From: Candidatus Electrothrix sp. GW3-4
GTDB taxonomy: Bacteria; Desulfobacterota; Desulfobulbia; Desulfobulbales; Desulfobulbaceae
Reading direction: 5' to 3'
Assembly: GCF_037902255.1 (NCBI RefSeq)
Contig: NZ_CP147990.1
Span: forward strand, 2,250,001-2,282,000
DNA length: 32,000 bases
Shown: piece by piece, positions 23,256 through 32,000 of the stretch
How the letters are laid out: each line of letters begins with the position of its first letter
Position numbering within the stretch: the first letter of the stretch is position 1
Made by a program: the position numbers and the translations under genes
Notes under the pieces: generated by a model
Seen by the model: only the letters and a program-made list of their open reading frames with translations
Databases searched by the model: none
What the model was told of the DNA's origin: nothing

Positions 23256-24437
23256 GTGAAGGTTGAAATAGTGGGTGAAGGTGGTGGTAGCATTAGAGAT
23301 GCTGAGATGACGTGGGTTGATAAAAAACTTGGCGAGCTTGCAAAAATTTGCACCGGCAAACTCGACGCGAACGCAAGCTCGGAGAATGGCAAATATCCTT
23401 TTTTTACATGCGCACGACAACCTCTGCGAATCAACAGTTACAGCTATGACGGTGAATGCGTACTTGTCGCAGGAAATGGAGATTTAAACGTCAAATATTA
23501 TGAAGGTAAATTCGATGCGTATCAGCGAACCTACATTATTAAGGTCCGCCCGGAGTTAAGAGATTCGCTTTCTCTTGGTTACGTATATCATTTTCTTGAA
23601 ACATATCTTGAGACACTCAGAAAGCAAAGCATTGGTGGGATCATAAAATACATCAAGCTTGGAAATTTAACTAAAGCTCCAATCCCCCTCCCGCCCATAT
23701 CCGAGCAAAAACGCATTGCAAAAATCCTGAATGCAGCAGACGCCCTACGGGCCAAACGCCGAGAAGCCCTCGCCCAACTCGACACCCTCCTGCAATCCAC
23801 CTTCCTGAATATGTTCGGCGATCCGGTCGCCAATCCGATGGGGTGGAAAATGGGGCGTTTGGCAGATATTGTCGAGCGTCTCGATGGTGGCAAAAATGTT
23901 GCCCAATCTGAAACGAAAACTGACTATCGCGTCCTTAAGGTCAGTGCAGTGACATACGGAGTATATCGACCCGAAGAAAGCAAATACCTTCCCGCTGATT
24001 TCAACGTTCCAGAATCCTACATCGTTAAAAGTGGCGATCTGTTGATCAGTCGAGCAAATACCACCGAGCTGATAGGGGCGACGGCTTATGTCTGGGAAAC
24101 ACCGGAAAGAATCGCACTTCCCGATAAAATCTGGAAGTTCATCTGGAAAAATGATGCCCAAATCGAACCGTTGTTTATTTATCATCTGTCTCAACATATC
24201 GAGTTCCGCCGCATCCTTGCTAGCCGTGCCTCGGGAACTAGCGGTTCCATGAAGAATATCGCGAAATCAAAGCTTCTTAGCTTGCCAGTTCCCCTCCCAC
24301 CCCTCCCTCTCCAACACCGCTTCGCCACCATAGTAAAATCCGTAGAACAACAAAAGTCCCGGATGAAAACTCACCTGACCGAACTGGACACCCTGTTCGC
24401 AGCCCTCCAACAACGAGCCTTTAACGGAGACCTCTAA
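23256..24437 (+). CDS. hsdS: Type I restriction-modification system specificity subunit HsdS (two TRDs)
   Basis: Central conserved region PLPPISEQKRIAKILNAADALRAKRREALAQLDTLLQSTFLNMFGDP. C-terminal conserved region LPVPLPPLPLQHRFATIVKSVEQQKSRM..LDTLFAALQQRAFNGDL. GTG 23256 has AAGGAG 7 nt upstream; the alternative start ATG 23307 (MTWVDKKLGEL) looks more like a typical HsdS N-terminus. Confidence 0.85.
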   Translation: MKVEIVGEGGGSIRDAEMTWVDKKLGELAKICTGKLDANASSENGKYPFFTCARQPLRINSYSYDGECVLVAGNGDLNVKYYEGKFDAYQRTYIIKVRPELRDSLSLGYVYHFLETYLETLRKQSIGGIIKYIKLGNLTKAPIPLPPISEQKRIAKILNAADALRAKRREALAQLDTLLQSTFLNMFGDPVANPMGWKMGRLADIVERLDGGKNVAQSETKTDYRVLKVSAVTYGVYRPEESKYLPADFNVPESYIVKSGDLLISRANTTELIGATAYVWETPERIALPDKIWKFIWKNDAQIEPLFIYHLSQHIEFRRILASRASGTSGSMKNIAKSKLLSLPVPLPPLPLQHRFATIVKSVEQQKSRMKTHLTELDTLFAALQQRAFNGDL

Positions 24438-24443
24438 TCCACC

Positions 24444-27400
24444 ATGAGCAACTTCGCCTTCCTGCCCACCGAGTTCCGCACCATCGCCGAATCCGCAATC
24501 AAGGCGGAAGGCCACATCATGGGCGACCCGCGTGCTGCCTGCTTCCATGCCCGCTTCACCCTGGAAGCCATTGTCCACTGGCTCTACCGCCACGACAGCA
24601 GCCTCCACCAACCCTATGCCCGCAACCTGGGTGCCCTGCTTTATGAAGCCACCTTTCAGGATCTCCTGCCCCAGCCCGTGTTGCACAAGGCCCAGCTGAT
24701 CCACAAGCTCGGTAATGCAGCTGTCCATAACACCCGGTCCGTGCCCAGCAGCGACGCGCTTCAGGCGGTCAAAGACCTCCACCATTTCTGCCACTGGCTG
24801 GTGCGGACCTACAGTCCTTCTGCTGTCCTGAAAACATCGGGTTGGCGTGATGATCTGGTGTTGCCAGCCCTGGACAGCAAAGCCGTGGTGCCGCGCAAGG
24901 AGCTGGAAACCCTGGAGAGCCGGTTAGCGGCCCAGAACGAAAAGAGCCTCAAGCAACAGCAGGAACGGGATGTCCTAGATGCGGAAATTCAGGCCCTGCG
25001 GGAACAGCTCACAGCTCTCCGGGTCCAGTCTGAGCAGCAGATTGATCCCCATGACTACTCTGAGGCCGAGACCCGGCACGCCCTGATCGACGTGGACCTG
25101 CACCGGGCTGGCTGGCCCCTGGCTGATCCCCAGGATCGGGAATACAAGGTCAGCAATATGCCCACTTCCACCAGCACCAGCACCGGTATCGGTATCGGCA
25201 TTGGCTATGTCGATTATGTGCTCTGGGGTGATGACGGCAGGCCCCTGGCCGTGGTGGAGGCGAAAAAGAGCACCGCAGATCCCCAAGCAGGTCAGCAGCA
25301 GGCCAAGCTCTATGCGGACTGCCTGGAGCAGATGCATAGTCAACGCCCGCTCATCTTCTACACCAACGGCTACAGCACTTGGCTCTGGGACGATACCAGC
25401 TATCCGCCCCGGCAGGTGGCTGGTTTCTACTCCAAGGACGAGCTCACCCGCCTGATTCTTCGCCGCAACCGTTGCACACCCCTGAAGCAGCTCAAGGTCA
25501 AGGAGGCAATCGCGGGCCGCTATTACCAAATCCGGGCCATCCGTAGTATTGCGGACCAATTTACCGAGGCCCGCCGCAAGGCCCTGCTGGTCATGGCCAC
25601 GGGAACCGGTAAGACCCGAACCGCTATCGCCTTGGTGGATATCCTCCAACGGGCCGGGTGGGTGAAGCGGGCCCTGTTTCTTGCGGATCGGATCTCCCTG
25701 GTCAGGCAGGCCTGCAATGCCTTTAAGGAGCATCTGCCCGAATCCAGCCCGGTGAATCTGGTTACGGAAAAGGGCACTGAGGGCCGGGTGGCGGTCTGCA
25801 CTTACCCCACCATGATGGGTCTGATAAATAAAACCATGAACGAGGACAAGGGGACAGCGGCCCGCCAGTCTTGCCAGTCCTGTTTTGGAGTGGGCCATTT
25901 TGACCTGATCATCATTGACGAGGCCCACCGCTCCGTGTACCGGAAATACGGGGCCATCTTCCGTTATTTCGATGCCCTGCTGGTCGGTCTGACCGCCACC
26001 CCCCGTGAAGAAGTGGACAAGAACACCTATGACCTCTTTGAGCTGGAACAGGGCGTGCCCACCGATGCCTATGAGCTGGCCGAGGGCGTTAAGGACGGCT
26101 TCCTGGTGCCGCCCCGGGTGGCCCAGGTGGATATGCGCTTTCCCGGCCAGGGTATTGATTATGATCTGCTCAGTGCCGAGGAACAGGCCCAATGGGAAGA
26201 ACTGGACTGGGGTGATGATGGGGAGCCGGATCGCTTCCCGGACAAGGTCAATGCTGCGGCCATCAATAACTGGCTCTTTAACCAAGACACAGTGGACAAG
26301 GTGCTCAAGTATCTTATGGAGCATGGACATCGGGTGGAAGGCGGGGACCGGCTGGCCAAGACCATCATCTTTGCCCGTAACCACCAGCACGCTGCCTTTA
26401 TTGAGGAACGTTTTAATGCCAATTATCGAAAGTATGCTGGCCATTTTGCTCGGGTGATTGATAATACCATCAAGCATGCCCAGAACCTGATTGAGGAATT
26501 TGAGCAACAGGATAAGGCACCCCATATCGCCATCTCCGTGGACATGCTGGACACCGGCATTGATGTGCCTGCGGTGGCCAATCTGGTCTTTTTTAAACCG
26601 GTCTTTTCCAAGATCAAATTCTGGCAGATGATCGGACGCGGCACCCGACCCTGCCCGGATCTCTTTGGTCCTGGTGAGGATAAGCAGGACTTTCGGGTCT
26701 TTGACTTCTGCTTTAATTTTGATTTTTTTCAGGAAAACCCAGAGGGCATCAATGCCGGGGATACTGCCCCGCTGGGTACTCGCCTTTTTCAGGCACGGGT
26801 TCAGTTGCTCAGTCATATTCAGTCCCGCCCTGAAACCGATGCAGATGCTCAGCTGGCAACGAGCCTGACAGATGGCCTGCACCGGGAGGTCAAGGCCATG
26901 CACCGGGATAACTTCATTGTCCGCATGCATAGGCAGGCAGTGGAGCAGTTTCAGGAGCGCACAGCCTGGGACCGGCTCAGCGAGAGCGATTGTATGACCC
27001 TGCAACGGGAGGTGGCAGGCCTGCCCAGCGAGCTTGCCAGCGACAATATCCGGTCCCGGCTCTTTGACCTCACGGCCCTGCGTATGCAGCTGGCCCTGAT
27101 CGAGGGCGGCAGCTTTGAGCGTCAGCGCAGGCGGGTCATGGAGATTGCCCAGCTGCTGGAAGAGAAACGGGCTGTCCCGGCAGTAGCGGTCCAGCTGGCC
27201 TATCTTGCTAGGGTCCAGGAAGACGGCTTCTGGCAAGGGATGACTCTGGCCGAGCTGGAGGATCTCCGCCTTCGCTTCCGGGAGCTGGTGCCCTTGCTGG
27301 ACAAGCAGGAGCGCAATTTGGTGTACACGGATTTTCAGGACGAGGTTCTGGGGGTGCGGGAAGAGGAGCCGGTCTATATCCCCAGGATGACCGGGGCCCA

Positions 27401-27881
27401 GTATGAAAAAAAGGTCACGGACTATTTGCGCTGCCATACAAACCAGCTGGTCATCCAACGCCTCAAGGCCAATGAACCCCTCACCAGCCTGGACCTCCAG
27501 GGCCTGGAAAGCGTACTCACCGAGCTCGGGGCAGAGGAAGGCGAAACCCTGCTTGCTGACCTGCTGTCCCGGAGCAAGGCCCCCTCGCTGCCCCATTTTA
27601 TCCGCTCCCTGGTGGGCCTGGATCGAACCGCTGCCAAGGCTGCCTTTGCCCAGTTCCTCAACGACCGCAGCCTGACAGCTCCGCAGATCCGTTTTATCGA
27701 GCTGATCATTGACCAACTCACGGCACGGGGCGTGATGAATGCCGAGGCCCTCTACCAGCCCCCGTTCAGCAACCTCCATTCCGGTGGACCGGAAGTACTC
27801 TTTTCAGGTAAGGAAAATATCATTGAGGGGGTCTTTACCACTCTGGAATCTCTGGCACCCCGGATCCAAGAGGTTGGCTGA
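24444..27881 (+). CDS. hsdR: Type I restriction enzyme R subunit HsdR (DUF4145 N-domain, PD-(D/E)xK nuclease, SF2 helicase, EcoEI-type C-terminal domain)
   Basis: The nuclease core is GYVDYVLWGDDGRPLAVVEAKK. Helicase motifs are MATGTGKT, DEAH (IIIDEAHR), LTATP and QMIGRGTR. The N-terminal ~125 aa resemble DUF4145. Confidence 0.9.
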   Translation: MSNFAFLPTEFRTIAESAIKAEGHIMGDPRAACFHARFTLEAIVHWLYRHDSSLHQPYARNLGALLYEATFQDLLPQPVLHKAQLIHKLGNAAVHNTRSVPSSDALQAVKDLHHFCHWLVRTYSPSAVLKTSGWRDDLVLPALDSKAVVPRKELETLESRLAAQNEKSLKQQQERDVLDAEIQALREQLTALRVQSEQQIDPHDYSEAETRHALIDVDLHRAGWPLADPQDREYKVSNMPTSTSTSTGIGIGIGYVDYVLWGDDGRPLAVVEAKKSTADPQAGQQQAKLYADCLEQMHSQRPLIFYTNGYSTWLWDDTSYPPRQVAGFYSKDELTRLILRRNRCTPLKQLKVKEAIAGRYYQIRAIRSIADQFTEARRKALLVMATGTGKTRTAIALVDILQRAGWVKRALFLADRISLVRQACNAFKEHLPESSPVNLVTEKGTEGRVAVCTYPTMMGLINKTMNEDKGTAARQSCQSCFGVGHFDLIIIDEAHRSVYRKYGAIFRYFDALLVGLTATPREEVDKNTYDLFELEQGVPTDAYELAEGVKDGFLVPPRVAQVDMRFPGQGIDYDLLSAEEQAQWEELDWGDDGEPDRFPDKVNAAAINNWLFNQDTVDKVLKYLMEHGHRVEGGDRLAKTIIFARNHQHAAFIEERFNANYRKYAGHFARVIDNTIKHAQNLIEEFEQQDKAPHIAISVDMLDTGIDVPAVANLVFFKPVFSKIKFWQMIGRGTRPCPDLFGPGEDKQDFRVFDFCFNFDFFQENPEGINAGDTAPLGTRLFQARVQLLSHIQSRPETDADAQLATSLTDGLHREVKAMHRDNFIVRMHRQAVEQFQERTAWDRLSESDCMTLQREVAGLPSELASDNIRSRLFDLTALRMQLALIEGGSFERQRRRVMEIAQLLEEKRAVPAVAVQLAYLARVQEDGFWQGMTLAELEDLRLRFRELVPLLDKQERNLVYTDFQDEVLGVREEEPVYIPRMTGAQYEKKVTDYLRCHTNQLVIQRLKANEPLTSLDLQGLESVLTELGAEEGETLLADLLSRSKAPSLPHFIRSLVGLDRTAAKAAFAQFLNDRSLTAPQIRFIELIIDQLTARGVMNAEALYQPPFSNLHSGGPEVLFSGKENIIEGVFTTLESLAPRIQEVG

Positions 27882-27968
27882 TCAAATCGTTGTGGCGCGT
27901 TCGAGGATGTCACCTGGGAGCCCGTATCATCAACGGCCTCAACTACCTGCTTAGGTAGGTGAAGGGCA

Positions 27969-28876
27969 TCACACCTTCTCCACACTTGCCTTCCCCAAAA
28001 TACCCGCAGGCCGGAAGATCAGGATCAGGACCAAGAGGGAAAAGGCAAACACATCTTCGTAATCACTGGAGACATAGCCAGTGGCAAAGGCCTCGGTGAG
28101 ACCGAGGATGAAGCTGCCCAGCACGGCACCTGGAATAGAGCCGATCCCCCCAGGACCGCAGCGGTAAAGGCCTTGATGCCAGCAATAAAGCCAATAAAGA
28201 AGTTGATCTGCCCGACATGGGAGGCGATGAGCAGGCCACCCAGGGCGGCCAGGGCCGAGCCGATCACAAAGGTAGCCGAGATAACATTATTCACATTGAT
28301 CCCCACCAGGGCGGCCATGGTCTTATCCTGGGCCGTGGCCCGCATGGCCTTGCCCAGAAGGGTGAATTTGATCAACCAGGTGAGGATCCCCATGATCACA
28401 GCGGTAGTGACCAGGATGACAAAATCTGTTGAGCCGATCACGTAGGCATAGGGTTCGAGAAAGGCAAACTCGGGAATCAGCTCCGGGAAAGAGAGAAATT
28501 CTGAGGTCTGGGCCAGCAGGACATAGTTCTGGAGAAAGATCGACATGCCAATGGCTGAGATCAAGGGCGATAAGCGCGGGGCATCACGCAGGGGCCGGTA
28601 GGCCAGCTTTTCCACGGTAAAACCGTAGGCCGCTGCCCAGATCATGGCGGCAACAGCGGCCAGGAGCAAAACCGCAAAGAGGGGAAGGCCGTAGATAGAC
28701 AGGACCGTGGCCACGATAAAGGCGGTAAAGGCCCCGATCATGTAGATCTCACCATGGGCGAAATTGATCAGGCCAATAATGCCGTAGACCATGGTGTAGC
28801 CCAAGGCGATCAAGGCATAGATGGAGCCCCGGGTCAGGCCACTAAAAAAAAGTTCAATCAGGTATTCAAAGTCCAT
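27969..28876 (-). pseudogene. livH: Branched-chain amino acid ABC transporter permease LivH, frame broken at a C6/G6 run (28146-28151)
   Basis: The N-terminal 240 aa are typical LivH (GSIYALIALGYTMVYGIIGLINFAHGE...). After AAVLGG the ORF goes out of frame. Adding one G restores GGIGSIPGAVLGSFILGLTEAFATGYVSSDYEDVFAFSLLVLILIFRPAGILGKASVEKV and a stop at 27969-27971. Confidence 0.85.
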
Positions 28877-28967
28877 AAGTCATTCGTAGGGAAGAGGCGG
28901 GAGTGGCTCCAGCCTGCTCATTGCTGCTCAAAATTTTACTTAAGATCTTAACAAGTAACAGAATTAC

Positions 28968-29363
28968 TCACGAGACCAGAATATCCTCAACCAGTTTCAT
29001 GGCCTGCTCTGTGCGTTCAGTGGAAATGGCAGCAATGGAGGTGTCGTTGTTGCGGCTGATGATATGAAAGCTGCGGATATGGAGATCGGCCTCTTTGAAT
29101 TTTCGGGCAATTTTGGCCAAGGCGCCAGGTTCGTCCTTGAGCTTGATCAGCAGGCAGTCTTCCGTTATCGCATTGAAAGACGCATCGCGCAGGGCCCTCA
29201 AGGCAAGGTCATATTTGTTCACCGTCATGACGATAACAGAGGCATTGCCCACTGTTTCCGACTCGATCGTGTCAATATTGATATCGTTTGCAGCCATAAG
29301 TTCTGTTATATCTGCCAGGGGAAAACGTGGCTGCTCCTCCACGACAACAGAGATCTGTTTCAT
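28968..29363 (-). CDS. ACT domain-containing protein (tandem ACT, 131 aa)
   Basis: The second half, LLIKLKDEPGALAKIARKFKEADLHIRSFHII, is a classic ACT beta-alpha-beta signature. The first half shows a similar pattern. Confidence 0.7.
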   Translation of the reverse strand: MKQISVVVEEQPRFPLADITELMAANDINIDTIESETVGNASVIVMTVNKYDLALRALRDASFNAITEDCLLIKLKDEPGALAKIARKFKEADLHIRSFHIISRNNDTSIAAISTERTEQAMKLVEDILVS

Positions 29364-29428
29364 AGGTCCTTTTCAGGTTAGAGTATAGTTCACTTTCTCG
29401 AGAGATGCATTATACTGCGGTCTTGTTT

Positions 29429-30549
29429 TCAGCCCCTGCATTCGCTCAAATCATGCATGAAGGTGTCTATAAATTCTTTACTGACATGGGGCATGATAAT
29501 AATATGGGCAATATCCTTATAGGCAGCAAGTTGCCATTTTTTAATAACCTCCGTCGAAGGACGTTGAAAAACCACGGTGTTAGAGTATTTGTTTTTCCAG
29601 GCCTCCCATTCAAGTTGCCGGAACTGCTCCAAGGCATACTCTGCCCGTTCAAGACAAGCCTCTGCCATCCGCCTAAACCCATCCATACCCTTCTGCTGAA
29701 TAGCATACCAGAGAAAAAGCGGCGTAATCCCGTTGCGGGAACCGCTTAAGGTGGTATCCAATGTCCCTACATATTCAATAGACCTGGCGATCCTATCAAC
29801 ATTCCCCCTTTTGGCAAGGGTCACCCCGCAGGGAATCGGTGAACCGATAAATTTATGACCACTGATGGCGAAGCTATCAATAGCGGAACTGAGGCCGATT
29901 GAAGGGGCATCTGCAAAGAAAGGGAGCAGCATACCACTAAGGGCGGCATCACAATGGATATAATGATCCCGGATCGCCAATTCTTCCAAGATAGCATGTA
30001 TTTTCCCCACATCATCTACAGCCCCTTTCATGGTTGTCCCGATATTGGCCACTACAATAGGGACAACATCACGTTTTATCCTGAGGGTCTCTTGCAGATC
30101 ATGATAGTCTATTTCCCCGTTATCCAGCGACCTGATCATAATATTTTTGATATTCAACAGGCGCAGTATCTTGGTCACGCTGTAATGGGTATCCTGAGAG
30201 TAATAGACAATGGCGTTGGGATAGAGTTCTCTGGCCAGATAGAGACCGTACATATTCCCTTCCGTGCCCCCATTGGTGACATAGCCCCAATAGTCATTAT
30301 CTGTATGCGTGAGTTGAGCAAAAAGGAAAGCACTTCTCGCTCAATCTCATGGGTGTTCACCTGATAGTTGCTGGAGACAAAGGGGTCGCCGACATTATTG
30401 AGAGCGAACCTGAAAAACTTATATAATTCCGAGTAGTCGAAATCTAAGCTACAGGGATAACCGATAAAGCTCTCAGACTTTTCTTGAAGTTTCCGATACA
30501 GCTGAGCAATTTTATCTGCTCCCTGCTGAGAAAGTCGGGATGATCCCAT
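29429..30549 (-). pseudogene. hdc: PLP-dependent histidine decarboxylase, frame broken at an A5/T5 run (30320-30324)
   Basis: The N-terminal ORF (30175..30549) reads FIGYPCSLDFDYSELYKFFRFALNNVGDPF..THEIEREVLSF. The C-terminal ORF (29429..30253) reads YLARELYPNAIVYYSQDTHYSV..SGHKFIGSPIPCG. Adding one T restores ..[35 protein letters not shown]. Confidence 0.82.
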
Positions 30550-31171
30550 TAATTATCTCTCCTGCGCCGTTGCCTTGGTAAAGATTCACCCTACTGAGTA
30601 CAGCGCGGTGTACCGCGAGGCAACATTTCATCTTCAATTTCATTTTCAACAACCCATTATAGAGCGTTTGCGTCTGGTCGAAAAAGGATCAGGTAACAGA
30701 CCCAAGCTGACCCCTGAAAAAAATAATCATTCCTGATCAACTTCTCTGGATTGAAAATATTTTTTATTGATTTGTAATTCTCCTCCTGTTATTCCTCCTG
30801 TTATGAATGGATGCTTTTACCCTGTAACAAGAAGCTGGCAACCAAGACAACATTCATCTATATTCTCGACATTACGACAATGCAAACCTGACCGTATGCT
30901 ACAGCATGGTGGTTACGGCACAATCCGCAAGCCCGATAAAGGACATAAACAGACTTTATCAGGCTTTGTAAAAATGTCAATGTGGCAATACAAGCTGTAA
31001 CGAACAGGGCGAATAAGGGACGGCAACAAACTTGATGAGATAACAGCCTCAGGAAATCAGCACCAAACGCTGTCTCTTCTGCTCCTGAGAAGAAAAGAGA
31101 AGAAAGACGCCTGAGTTGCCTCATAAAGATAAAAAAAAAATTATACTGTGAAGAGAAAAGAGGTGTACCCC

Positions 31172-32000
31172 ATGGAACGATCAACCGACAAGGCAGTAAC
31201 CCATGTGCTGAGCAAACATAAAGGCGGCAAGCAGGTTCAGACCGCTTGGGACAGATACGAGGCCCAGCAACCGCAATGCGGTTTTGGTGAACTCGGCGTC
31301 TGCTGTCGTCATTGCATGCAAGGCCCCTGCCGCATCGACCCCTTTGGTGAAGGCCCTGACCGGGGATCTGCGGCGCTACTGCGGACACCATTGTTGCCCG
31401 TGGACTGGCCCGTACCATCGCAGGCGGCACTGCCTCACATAGTGGCCATGCCCTCCATGTGGCCCATGTCTTCAAGAAAACGCTGGCAGGAGAAGCCCCT
31501 GACTACGCCATCAAGGACGAGGCAAAACTCAAGGCAGTAGCAACTCGCTGTGACATCGAGGTTGCAGGCCGCTCAACCAACGAGATCGCTCTGGAGCTGG
31601 TGGACAAGGCCCTGTCGGAATTTGGCGACAAAGGTGAGGCCCTGACCTGGGCTGCAACCACTGTTACCCCTGGTCGGATTGATACCTGTAACGAGCTGGG
31701 CATCGTGCCCACCAGTATTGACGGCACCATTGCCGAGGTTATGCACCGGACCACCTATGGCGTGGATGCCGACCCGATCAATATCCTCCTTGGTGCCCTG
31801 AAATGTGCAGTGGCTGATTATTCAGCCTGCCATCTGGCCACCGATCTGTCTGACATCCTCTTTGGCACCCCGCAACCTGTGGTCAGCAAGGCCAATCTGG
31901 GGGTACTCAAGGAGGATGCCGTCAATATTGCCCTGCACGGTCATAACCCGCTGCTCAGCGACATCATTGCCCAAGTCGCCTCAGAGCCGGAACTGATTGC
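31172..32000 (+). pseudogene. cooS: Anaerobic carbon-monoxide dehydrogenase catalytic subunit CooS, partial at the window end, frame broken at a G4 run (31362-31365)
   Basis: AAAGAGGTG Shine-Dalgarno before ATG 31172. The first frame reads TAWDRYEAQQPQCGFGELGVCCRHCMQGPCRIDPFGEGPDRG. The +1 frame continues ICGATADTIVARGLARTIAGGTASHSGH...ALHGHNPLLSDII, collinear with CODH-II-type CooS as I remember it. One extra G would join the frames. Confidence 0.85.

Noticed and set aside
24975-27779. 934-aa ORF on the minus strand, antisense to hsdR
   Set aside because: It lies fully inside and antisense to a gene with clear HsdR motifs. The translation is low-complexity (Gly/Leu/Pro/Gln-rich) with no recognisable domains. 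Such long antisense ORFs are typical of GC-rich coding regions.
30596-30612. GTACAGCGCGGTGTAC, resembling the IS630 IR (first 11 nt identical to the right IR) fused to the opposite terminal TGTAC, a possible excision footprint or mini-remnant
   Set aside because: It is only 16 bp with no flanking TA dinucleotides. It also forms part of a local palindrome (CGCGGT-gt-ACCGCG), so chance resemblance cannot be excluded.
30776-30803. Tandem duplication TTCTCCTCCTGTTA / TTCCTCCTGTTA in the hdc-cooS intergenic region
   Set aside because: This is a real but minimal two-copy repeat with no associated structure or gene. It is likely a simple slippage duplication.
30930-30975. TGTCAATGTGGCAATA as a possible CooA/CRP-type site upstream of cooS
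   Set aside because: The sequence is not palindromic (TGTCA has no matching TGACA or CGACA half), so there is insufficient support.

Overview
The window looks like chromosomal DNA from an anaerobic, probably Desulfobacterota-like bacterium; the taxon is inferred from gene content only. Housekeeping genes are livG, miaB, two HAD phosphatases, a sigma-54 NtrC-type response regulator, a 2x[4Fe-4S] ferredoxin, a NikM/L/K/Q-type Ni/Co ECF transporter, pyruvate:ferredoxin oxidoreductase, livH, an ACT-domain protein, histidine decarboxylase and CODH cooS. Accessory material is interleaved with these: an Rpn-type transposase fragment, an IS630-family IS with TA duplications, a 104-bp MITE derived from that IS, and a Type I R-M island (hsdM-hsdS-hsdR, about 21.1-27.9 kb). 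The least explained structures are non-coding. Two unrelated degenerate tandem arrays both have a 21-bp period (2291-2644 and 22789-23020). A REPIN-like nested palindrome with compensatory stem substitutions, plus repeated AAGC-N3-4-GCTT hairpins, fill an atypical 600-bp gap between hsdM and hsdS. The hsdM product seems to lack the motif II/III segment of N6-MTases and carries an acidic insertion. A secreted protein (8406-9521) has six 6-Cys modules (36 Cys) fused to a likely beta-barrel; I cannot assign it to a family. Four genes (IS630 transposase, livH, hdc, cooS) are each broken by a single-base length change in a homopolymer run. This pattern suggests sequencing or assembly error more than true pseudogenes, so it needs read-level checking. 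No tRNA, rRNA or CRISPR array was seen.
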